From a virus (Duplodnaviria > Caudoviricetes), in IMG/VR virus record IMGVR_UViG_3300029319_000342, positions 1 through 29,119 of that record: a stretch of 29,119 nt of DNA. One strand, given 5' to 3'. Below the pieces are notes generated by a model. It was given only the letters and a program-made list of their open reading frames with translations. It was not told the origin of the DNA and searched no databases. This document shows positions 1 through 6,860 of the stretch, piece after piece (position 1 is the first letter of the stretch; each line of letters opens with the position of its first letter). A program made the position numbers and the translations under genes.

Positions 1-1
1 C

Positions 2-817
2 GAAGATATTAAGGGATTGAATTATGAAAGACTCAAAGCAGATGGACTTTTTCCCATCGACATCATCACAGGCGGATACCCTTGCCAACCTTTCTCCGTC
101 GCAGGTAGAAAAAAAGGTGAAGAAGATCCGAGACACCTCTGGCCAGAAATGTTTAGACTTATCAAAGAACTCAGACCGTCTTGGGTTATTGGAGAAAATG
201 TTAGTGGACACATTAAACTCGGTCTCGACACCGTACTCGAGAACTTGGAAAGTGAAGACTACTCCGCAAGGACGTTTAGTATTTCAGCTTCTAGCGTCGG
301 TGCCAAACACAAAAGAGAAAGAGTCTGGATTGTGGCGAACACCAGACGCATACTCCGGGGGGAGCAATCTGAACAAGATCAAAGAGGCGTTGGCCGAGGG
401 CCATCTAAAACGAAAAAGTGGTCACACAATACAGATCAGACTAGCGGATCAAGTGAGAGAGTCAAGACTGTGGCCAACTCCGAGAGCATCAGCAGCTATG
501 GCAGAAAAGACAGAGAACATACGGAACAGAGGAACACAGAGAGGGAAGTTGGAGGAGAAAGTGGCAATGATGCCAACACCAACAGCGAGGGATCACAAAG
601 ATACGGGAGCGAATACGAATTACGAAAAAGCCAAGAAGAAAGGAAGACTAGCTGGTCACGCTGGTGGGAGTTTGAACCCGACGTGGGTAGAGTGGCTCAT
701 GGGATACCCAAAAGGGTGGACAGACTTAAATGTCTCGGAAACAGTCTCGTCCCACAAATCCCCTACTACATCGGTAAGACCATCTTGGAAGTTATGGCCA
801 ACACCAAGAGCGAGTAA
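2..817 (+). CDS. C5-cytosine DNA methyltransferase, catalytic (alpha-like) polypeptide, 5'-truncated by the window edge
   Basis: Frame is open from position 2 (EDIKGLNYE...). Motif IV GGYPCQPFSVAG, motif V D.R.LW, motif VI GENV.G, motif VIII HKRERVWIVA, motif X LGNSLVPQI. Motif I lies upstream of the window. No motif IX-like segment in this frame. Confidence 0.92.
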   Translation, partial: EDIKGLNYERLKADGLFPIDIITGGYPCQPFSVAGRKKGEEDPRHLWPEMFRLIKELRPSWVIGENVSGHIKLGLDTVLENLESEDYSARTFSISASSVGAKHKRERVWIVANTRRILRGEQSEQDQRGVGRGPSKTKKWSHNTDQTSGSSERVKTVANSESISSYGRKDREHTEQRNTEREVGGESGNDANTNSEGSQRYGSEYELRKSQEERKTSWSRWWEFEPDVGRVAHGIPKRVDRLKCLGNSLVPQIPYYIGKTILEVMANTKSE

Positions 818-911
818 TCCAGGCAGTAGACCAAATGGTAAAGGTGGAAAAATTTTATCGGAGGAAGTTATGATAGAAGAAGGGTTAAGACAGAGAGGTA
901 AAAAATTATAA
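24..911 (+). CDS. Overprinted +1-frame methyltransferase partner (beta-like) polypeptide with motif IX-like segment and four (W/M)xTP repeats
   Basis: 295-codon ORF, with an in-frame TGA at 18-20 just before its ATG and an SD-like AAGGGA at 11-16. Contains SLNPTWVEWLMGYPKGWTD (motif IX-like) and LWRTP/LWPTP/MMPTP/LWPTP. Its stop overlaps the next start (TAATG). Confidence 0.75.
   Translation: MKDSKQMDFFPSTSSQADTLANLSPSQVEKKVKKIRDTSGQKCLDLSKNSDRLGLLEKMLVDTLNSVSTPYSRTWKVKTTPQGRLVFQLLASVPNTKEKESGLWRTPDAYSGGSNLNKIKEALAEGHLKRKSGHTIQIRLADQVRESRLWPTPRASAAMAEKTENIRNRGTQRGKLEEKVAMMPTPTARDHKDTGANTNYEKAKKKGRLAGHAGGSLNPTWVEWLMGYPKGWTDLNVSETVSSHKSPTTSVRPSWKLWPTPRASNPGSRPNGKGGKILSEEVMIEEGLRQRGKKL
330..815 (+). 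repeat. Four degenerate coding repeats (tggcgaacacca, tggccaactccgagagc, atgccaacaccaacagcgag, tggccaacaccaagagcgag)
   Basis: Units start at 333, 471, 570 and 795, all spaced by multiples of 3. They read WRTP/WPTP/MPTP/WPTP in the beta frame and VANT/VANS/DANT/MANT in the alpha frame. Confidence 0.75.
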
Positions 912-1084
912 TGGAAAAACTAATTAAAGAAACTTTGGGTATAGCTGCACAACTAGTATCTAAAGCAGAAAACAAATCAGCAAAGTTAACAAAGAGAATG
1001 TTAGTTAATGATTTGAAGATGATAAAATTAAATTTAATGATGATACAAGATGATATTACGAGACAGCCAAAGCAAAAAGATTGA
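911..1084 (+). CDS. Small hypothetical protein, 57 aa (MEKLIKETLGIAAQLVSKAE...), not in ORF track
   Basis: Manual translation. ATG overlaps the upstream stop (TAATG) and the ORF fills the gap before the helicase. Confidence 0.65.
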   Translation: MEKLIKETLGIAAQLVSKAENKSAKLTKRMLVNDLKMIKLNLMMIQDDITRQPKQKD

Positions 1085-2591
1085 TATAATATTTGGTCCA
1101 CCTGGCACCGGTAAAACTACACATCTACTTGGTATTGTCGAAGATGAGCTACAAAAAGGAACTCCCCCAGATAGAATAGGATACTTTGCTTTTACGAAAA
1201 GAGCTGCGAAAGAAGCCATTGATAGAGCAATGGAAAAATTTAATTTAAATAGAAAAGATTTAAAATACTTTAGAACATTACACAGTATGGCTTATCTAAC
1301 ATTAGGATTAGCAACTGATGATGTAATGGGAGACAAAGACTATCAAGAAGTATCTGACTTACTACAAATAAAATTAATTAATCCAAATAAAAACGTTGAC
1401 TATCTTGGCATATCAACACCGCAAGATCCATATCTAAGATTAATCGATCAAGCAAAAATAAAAGGAGTGAGCTTATCAAATGAGTTTATGAATTGCACAG
1501 AGCATCTTGAGTTTGGTATAGAAAGATTAGAACAAATAGACTCGGGTATAACAAGATATAAAAATAAAAAAGCAAAGCTTGATTTTACAGACATGATAAT
1601 AGAATTTATTGCACAGCAAGGCTGCCCTGCTTTTGATGTTGTTATTGTTGATGAAGCACAGGATCTAAGTTTTATACAATGGCAAATGGTTGAGATACTT
1701 GTTCGTAATTCACAGAAAGCATACATTGCAGGGGATGATGACCAAGCAATCTTTGATTGGGCTGGTGCAGATACAAAAAGATTACAACAAATTGGTGGCG
1801 AAAGACATGTGCTAAAACAATCTTACAGAATACCAAGGGCCGTGCACCATGTGGCAAGTGACTTGATTAGTAAAGTAAATGACCGAGTACAAAAAGATTG
1901 GAATCCAAAAGAAGAAGAAGGAGTAGTCATGCGCCACCGCATGCGTTTTAATAATCACACTGACTTGTCAAAAGGTGAGTGGTTAATTTTAGCAAGAACT
2001 AATTACATGTTAGAAGAAGTATTGAATCGATTAAAACAAGAAGGCATGTTTTATACATTTAAAAATAGATCATCTGTTTCTGATCGTTTGATTCGAGCTG
2101 TTCAAGGTTGGGATAGATTAAAAGAAGGGGCAGTAGACCTTCAAACAGTTAAAGATATTTATTATTACATAAGTGGTAGTGGCAGAATACAACATGGATA
2201 CAAAGAAAAACTTAAACAAATGGACCCTGCTGCTATGTATGATTATGAGTCTTTAACCATGCATCATGGATTAAATGTAGATATTAATTTACCTTGGGAT
2301 GTAGCTTTAGATGATGTTCCTGAATCTATGAGATTGTATATGAATGTGGCTTTACGTAGATCAAGCTTTAATTCTGCAAGCAATATAAGGGTTTCTACTA
2401 TACATGCATCTAAGGGTAGCGAAGCAAACAATGTTATGTTACTAACAGACTTACCGAGAAAAGCTGATATCAGCATTTCTAAAAAAAGGGATGATGAACG
2501 GAGAGTGTTTTATGTTGGTGCCACTAGGGCAAAAAAATCATTACATATTATTGCAAGCAAAACAGATAGGGAGTTTACAGAATTACTATGA
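1050..2591 (+). CDS. UvrD/Rep-like superfamily 1 DNA helicase
   Basis: Walker A GPPGTGKT, Walker B VDEAQD, GDDDQAIFDWAGAD, QSYR, LARTN, STIHASKGSE, FYVGATRAK. Confidence 0.93.
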   Translation: MILRDSQSKKIDIIFGPPGTGKTTHLLGIVEDELQKGTPPDRIGYFAFTKRAAKEAIDRAMEKFNLNRKDLKYFRTLHSMAYLTLGLATDDVMGDKDYQEVSDLLQIKLINPNKNVDYLGISTPQDPYLRLIDQAKIKGVSLSNEFMNCTEHLEFGIERLEQIDSGITRYKNKKAKLDFTDMIIEFIAQQGCPAFDVVIVDEAQDLSFIQWQMVEILVRNSQKAYIAGDDDQAIFDWAGADTKRLQQIGGERHVLKQSYRIPRAVHHVASDLISKVNDRVQKDWNPKEEEGVVMRHRMRFNNHTDLSKGEWLILARTNYMLEEVLNRLKQEGMFYTFKNRSSVSDRLIRAVQGWDRLKEGAVDLQTVKDIYYYISGSGRIQHGYKEKLKQMDPAAMYDYESLTMHHGLNVDINLPWDVALDDVPESMRLYMNVALRRSSFNSASNIRVSTIHASKGSEANNVMLLTDLPRKADISISKKRDDERRVFYVGATRAKKSLHIIASKTDREFTELL

Positions 2592-2731
2592 AAAGAAAAC
2601 CAGACTGGTTTGATAATTTAAATTTAAAAGCAGCAAAGCATTTAGTCAAGCTCGGTGTGGTAAAAGATTGGAAGAAAGCATATGAAAATATGACAAAGAG
2701 ACGAAACAAAAGAGAAAGATTAAAAAAATGA
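2588..2731 (+). CDS. Small basic hypothetical protein, 47 aa (MKRKPDWFDNLNLKAAKHLVKLG...), not in ORF track
   Basis: Manual translation. ATGA overlaps at both ends (helicase stop and polymerase start). Confidence 0.65.
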   Translation: MKRKPDWFDNLNLKAAKHLVKLGVVKDWKKAYENMTKRRNKRERLKK

Positions 2732-4608
2732 GCCAAGGTAATTTTTTTCAAACTCCAAGTGAATGGGTGCCACCAGAGGTAGTTCCTGATCTTACGGATG
2801 CAAAAGAAATTTCAATAGATTTAGAAACAAAAGATGATGGCTTGAATAAAAATTTAGGACCTGGCTGGGCTACAAAGAATGGTAGAGTCATAGGTGTTGC
2901 CATAGCTGTAGAGGGATGGGAAGGATACTATCCTATTGCACACGAAGGAGGGCATAATTTAGACGCAAAAGTTTTTGCTAATGCACTTAAACCTATTTTA
3001 GAATTACCTTGCGATAAAATATTTCACAACGCTATTTATGATGTTGGGTGGCTTGATGCCATGGGTTTAAAAGTTAATGGTCGTATTGTTGACACAATGG
3101 TTGCAGCTCCTTTGGTAGATGAAAACAGGCGTAATTATTCTTTGCGAGAATTATCTAGACACTATGTTGGAGAAACAAAATCAGAAACTTTATTGTACGA
3201 AGCTGCGGCTGAGTATGGTGTAAATCCAAAGAGTGAGATGTGGAAACTACCTCCAATGTACGTTGGTCCATACGCAGAACAGGATGCTGCAGTAACTTTA
3301 AAGTTATGGAAAGCATTACAAAGAAAAATAATTCAAGGAGACTTAACAGACATCTTTAATTTAGAGTCAGAACTATTTCATGTTTTGTTTGCTATGAAAA
3401 AGAAAGGTGTAAAAATAGATTTAGATAAAGCTGCAACAATTAAAATTGATTTTGAAAAAGAAGAAAACAAAGTACGACGCAGCTTAAATAAAACATGTGG
3501 GTTTGATCTTGAGATTCTATCACCATTATCTATTGCAAAAGCTTTTGATAAATTAAAAATAAAATACAGCAAAACACCAACAGGTTTACCTGCGTTTGAT
3601 AAAAACTTTTTATTAAATCAACCGTCTAAGTTTGCACAAGATATAGTAAAGGCAAGAGAGTTTAATAAAGCAAGAACAACATTTGTAGATTCTATTTTAA
3701 AACACGCACACAATGGTCGTATTCATGCAGATGTAAATCAAATGCGATCTGAAACAGGTGGCACTATCTCTGGTAGATTAAGTATGCAGAATCCTAATCT
3801 GCAACAAATGCCTACACGTAATCAAAACATTGGTCCTAAAATACGAGAGCTTTTTATTCCTGAAGAGGGCGAGCAGTGGGGCTGCTTTGACTATTCACAA
3901 CAAGAGCCCAGACTTCTTGCACATTATGGTGCACTTGTTAGTGAAACAACATCGTGGGAGGTCAGCTCGGTAAATAAATTAGTAAAAGATTATAATGAAA
4001 ATCCAGACACAGACTTTCATCAAGTTGTTGCTGACATGGCTGGCATAGATCGTAAACAAGCAAAAACAATTAACCTTGGCATGATGTATGGTATGGGCAG
4101 AGGTAAGCTTGGTTCTCAGTTAGGATTGGACATTGATGATGCTAAAGAAGTTTTTGAAAAATATCATGCTACAGTTCCATTTGTAAAAGCATTAACAGAT
4201 GGCACGATGAAAAAAGCTGCTGATGTAGGAGAAATCAGAACTTTACTTGGCCGTGTTTGTCGTTTTGATATGTGGGAACCAAACATGTATGGTCTTCATC
4301 AAGCATTAAAAAAAGAAGAAGCAGAAAGAAAACACGGAGGGATGAATAGAATACGTCGTGCTTTTACATACAGGGCTTTAAATAGGTTGATTCAAGGTTC
4401 GGCTGCGGATCAAACAAAAAAAGCCATGGTGGATATTTTTAAAGAAGGCATAACACCTTTGATACAAGTTCATGATGAATTAGATATCTCGATATATGAT
4501 GAAGATCAGAAAAAAAGGATTATTGAAATCATGGAGAACACAGTTCCCCTAAGAGTTCCATCACAAATAGATTGTGAGGTAGGTCCTTCTTGGGGTGAGA
4601 TTGGATAA
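2728..4608 (+). CDS. polA: Phage family A DNA polymerase with 3'-5' exonuclease domain (no 5'-3' exonuclease)
   Basis: Exo I DLET, Exo II HNAIYD, Exo III YAEQD; TISGRLS..NPNLQQ; motif A DYSQQEPRLLAHY; motif B RKQAKTINLGMMYG; NRLIQGSAAD; motif C QVHDEL. Confidence 0.96.
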   Translation: MSQGNFFQTPSEWVPPEVVPDLTDAKEISIDLETKDDGLNKNLGPGWATKNGRVIGVAIAVEGWEGYYPIAHEGGHNLDAKVFANALKPILELPCDKIFHNAIYDVGWLDAMGLKVNGRIVDTMVAAPLVDENRRNYSLRELSRHYVGETKSETLLYEAAAEYGVNPKSEMWKLPPMYVGPYAEQDAAVTLKLWKALQRKIIQGDLTDIFNLESELFHVLFAMKKKGVKIDLDKAATIKIDFEKEENKVRRSLNKTCGFDLEILSPLSIAKAFDKLKIKYSKTPTGLPAFDKNFLLNQPSKFAQDIVKAREFNKARTTFVDSILKHAHNGRIHADVNQMRSETGGTISGRLSMQNPNLQQMPTRNQNIGPKIRELFIPEEGEQWGCFDYSQQEPRLLAHYGALVSETTSWEVSSVNKLVKDYNENPDTDFHQVVADMAGIDRKQAKTINLGMMYGMGRGKLGSQLGLDIDDAKEVFEKYHATVPFVKALTDGTMKKAADVGEIRTLLGRVCRFDMWEPNMYGLHQALKKEEAERKHGGMNRIRRAFTYRALNRLIQGSAADQTKKAMVDIFKEGITPLIQVHDELDISIYDEDQKKRIIEIMENTVPLRVPSQIDCEVGPSWGEIG

Positions 4609-4897
4609 GAAACATCAAAAAGGATTTCTAAATCACCTTAGAGCAATAGAGTGGTTAACAGCTCAAGAGTACTACGTTTTTGATAATATCAGTGGCCTTG
4701 GACCTTGTGACTTGATAGCGCTGGGAGAAGATGGTGAGATTATTAAAATAGATGTTAAAAGCGAAAGCACTAGGAAAACAGGAAAATTTGCTGGATATAA
4801 AATTACAAGACAGGTTTCTGATTCACAGGAAAAAATGGGCGTCAAATTACTCATGGTAAGTGAAACAGGAAAATGCTACTTCTATAAGGATGACTAA
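4595..4897 (+). CDS. Small PD-(D/E)XK-type nuclease/resolvase-like protein
   Basis: GPCDLIAL...IIKIDVKS fits the D...(D/E)xK pattern. GTG start overlaps the polymerase end. Confidence 0.55.
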   Translation: MRLDKKHQKGFLNHLRAIEWLTAQEYYVFDNISGLGPCDLIALGEDGEIIKIDVKSESTRKTGKFAGYKITRQVSDSQEKMGVKLLMVSETGKCYFYKDD

Positions 4898-5096
4898 GAT
4901 TTTTTTATTGGTGGTAAGCCTGTGGGGTTACAATGGTAGCGCTTGGGTATACACTGGTAATCAAATGGTCTATCAAGAAAAGTTTGAAGATATTGAAGTA
5001 TGTCAAGAGATGGGCAGAAAGTTTATGAAGTTTGACATGAATCGATACTTTACTTTTAAAGTGCAGTGTATTGAGGATGTGAGAAAAAATATTTAA
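4890..5096 (+). CDS. Small hypothetical protein with hydrophobic N-terminus and two Cys
   Basis: ATG at 4890 (MTKIFLLVVSLWG...C...C) overlaps the upstream stop; preferred over the ORF-track GTG at 4860. Confidence 0.6.
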   Translation: MTKIFLLVVSLWGYNGSAWVYTGNQMVYQEKFEDIEVCQEMGRKFMKFDMNRYFTFKVQCIEDVRKNI

Positions 5097-5296
5097 TCTA
5101 GTAGCTTATCTAATTTTTCGTTTATTTCTATGACTTGTATCTCAATGACCGAGAGCCGTGAGTCTATACGCAACATGTCTAAATCTTTTATGCTTGATTC
5201 AAGAGCCGTAACTCGTGATGACATCATGCCGTACGTTGTAGCAATACCAGCTACAATACCCATGATCCATATCCAATCACGCATTGACAGGTTCAT
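5093..5296 (-). CDS. Small membrane protein, one TM helix plus coiled coil (possible lysis/holin-like role)
   Basis: WIWIMGIVAGIATTYGMM followed by a heptad-patterned tail; ATGA-coupled to the upstream gene. Confidence 0.65.
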   Translation of the reverse strand: MNLSMRDWIWIMGIVAGIATTYGMMSSRVTALESSIKDLDMLRIDSRLSVIEIQVIEINEKLDKLLD

Positions 5297-5448
5297 TTTC
5301 TTTTAACCCCAGCCTCTCTCAAAGCAATAGCTATTGCTTGTTTTCTAGACTTAACTTTCTTTTTGGATTTACCAATTGGAAGTTTACCTTTCTTAAACTC
5401 GCGCATGACTTTACTTATCTTTTTATCTTGCTTTGTTTTCTTCTTCAT
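5293..5448 (-). CDS. 51-aa highly basic protein, DUF6496-like; not in ORF track
   Basis: Manual translation: MKKKTKQDKKISKVMREFKKGKLPIGKSKKKVKSRKQAIAIALREAGVKRK. Shows the KVMxEFKxGKL...VKSRKQAIAIAL pattern, with ATGA overlaps at both ends. Confidence 0.8.
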   Translation of the reverse strand: MKKKTKQDKKISKVMREFKKGKLPIGKSKKKVKSRKQAIAIALREAGVKRK

Positions 5449-6860
5449 CGATTACGATTGAAATTAAATAATTGAAAACCTGCTTCATCTGGGTTGGCAT
5501 CAAATAAATCAGCCAAGCTAAAACCTCCGCTCTGATTATTATCTAGTGAATTCAATACTTCTAAAGCTGCAGCTTCGCTTGCTGGGTTAGCTGAAGTAAG
5601 TGCGTTGGTAGTTGCGGCAGGAAACATTGACTGACCAGGATCAACATCTAATATACTTGTTTGATCAATAGTCGGTTGAAATTGTGTCATCTGTTTGTCC
5701 ACTTCATTTATTAACACTTGTTTTTGATTTGTGTTTAGGTTTGGAGCGTTAGCTATGTTTTCTTTCATTACAACTGCGTTGTTTGCTACTTGATTAGCAA
5801 AATTATCACCACTAACTTGAGTGCCCAAAATTAAAGGATTCTCATCCACTTGCATCATTGGACCACTCGGTTCTTTTACTTGCATGTTTACATTTTTATT
5901 TCCACTTGGATTTGTATTAAATATTTGTATCCCCGGAGTGTTGGGATCTGCATCAAAAGCAGAGCCAATATTTTTAAAAAGGTTTGGTGCTAAGTTTAAA
6001 CTTCGATCTTCTCCCGGTGTAGGATTTGTATTAAATACTTGTATCCCCGGCTCATTACGATTGGCATCAAATAGTAACTCCAAAAGACTGAGGTCTGAGG
6101 CGTCCGGTTGTGGTTTTTGTCTTATGGTAACACCTGGTAACGGAACAGCGTCTGGTGCAACATCTAATGACTTGTCAAAATCATCTGCTATTATTTCATC
6201 ATCCATTATTTCTGGTCCCGTGCCTGCTCCAAAGTCTTTATCTAAAGCATATCTCTCTCCCGGCATTTTATCATCTGTAAACCGCTGCTTCTTATCATCA
6301 ACACCACCTAAACCTTTTAAAAACCTTGAGCCAGGAAGTCCTTGTCGTAACTGATTAGCAATTGGATACATTTTAGCGTACGCTTCTGGATTTTCGTTTA
6401 CAAGTTTTCTTGTTGGATCTAAAAAATCTCTGTCAACTGTTTTATTAAATGCAGCTAAACCTGCACTGGTAAGCACTGGGCTACCATCACTAGTTCTAAT
6501 TATACTACCATTACTTGTTCTTGCAACACCATTAGCGGTATTTGTTGCATTAAAAAATCCTAAATTTTTTACAAATCTATTTTGTCTTGATCGAAGATCT
6601 TTCGCTAAATCTAAATTACCTGCACTTACTGCTTTGTTTATTCTTCTATCAAGGCTACCAATACTTTGTTCTAAACTTTTCTTCTTATCAGCTAAGGTCG
6701 TAGTTTTTGCAGCTCTAATGCCAGACTCTCTACCACTGTCATCAAACTTGGTCGTTGTTCCTCTGCTAGTTCGTGTTGGCCTATTGCTAGCTCTGAATTC
6801 CCTAAAGGTTTTCTTTTTATCCTTTGCTGGTCTTCCTCTTCTGCTTCCACGTTTACTCAT
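5445..6860 (-). CDS. Hypothetical protein (possible internal virion protein) with basic N-terminus and repeated acidic motif
   Basis: 471-aa ORF coupled (TAATG) to the upstream giant gene. N-terminal RRGRPAK; three FDAxxxxxG(I/F)Q(V/I/L)FN repeats. Confidence 0.8.
   Translation of the reverse strand: MSKRGSRRGRPAKDKKKTFREFRASNRPTRTSRGTTTKFDDSGRESGIRAAKTTTLADKKKSLEQSIGSLDRRINKAVSAGNLDLAKDLRSRQNRFVKNLGFFNATNTANGVARTSNGSIIRTSDGSPVLTSAGLAAFNKTVDRDFLDPTRKLVNENPEAYAKMYPIANQLRQGLPGSRFLKGLGGVDDKKQRFTDDKMPGERYALDKDFGAGTGPEIMDDEIIADDFDKSLDVAPDAVPLPGVTIRQKPQPDASDLSLLELLFDANRNEPGIQVFNTNPTPGEDRSLNLAPNLFKNIGSAFDADPNTPGIQIFNTNPSGNKNVNMQVKEPSGPMMQVDENPLILGTQVSGDNFANQVANNAVVMKENIANAPNLNTNQKQVLINEVDKQMTQFQPTIDQTSILDVDPGQSMFPAATTNALTSANPASEAAALEVLNSLDNNQSGGFSLADLFDANPDEAGFQLFNFNRNR
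5908..6050. repeat. 29-nt direct repeat with 1 mismatch, 5908-5936 and 6022-6050
   Basis: ggatttgtattaaata(t/c)ttgtatccccgg, period 114 nt, encoding PGIQ(I/V)FNTNP on the - strand. Confidence 0.85.

Noticed and set aside
2-911. Overlapping MTase ORFs as a sequencing frameshift or pseudogene
   Set aside because: Both frames are open in parallel for ~790 nt, and joining motifs VIII, IX and X would need two compensating shifts. Programmed frameshifting is not strictly excluded.
2728-3400. Intein, intron or DnaJ-type insertion in PolA
   Set aside because: Motifs are colinear at compact spacing, with no CxxCxGxG repeats or intein termini.
868-3572. Short - strand ORFs and 1672-1857 within the replication module
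   Set aside because: They overlap strongly supported genes and have no independent coding signals.
5908-6050. 29-nt repeat as a mini-CRISPR array
   Set aside because: Only two copies, an 85-nt gap, an in-frame period, explained by a protein repeat, and no cas genes.
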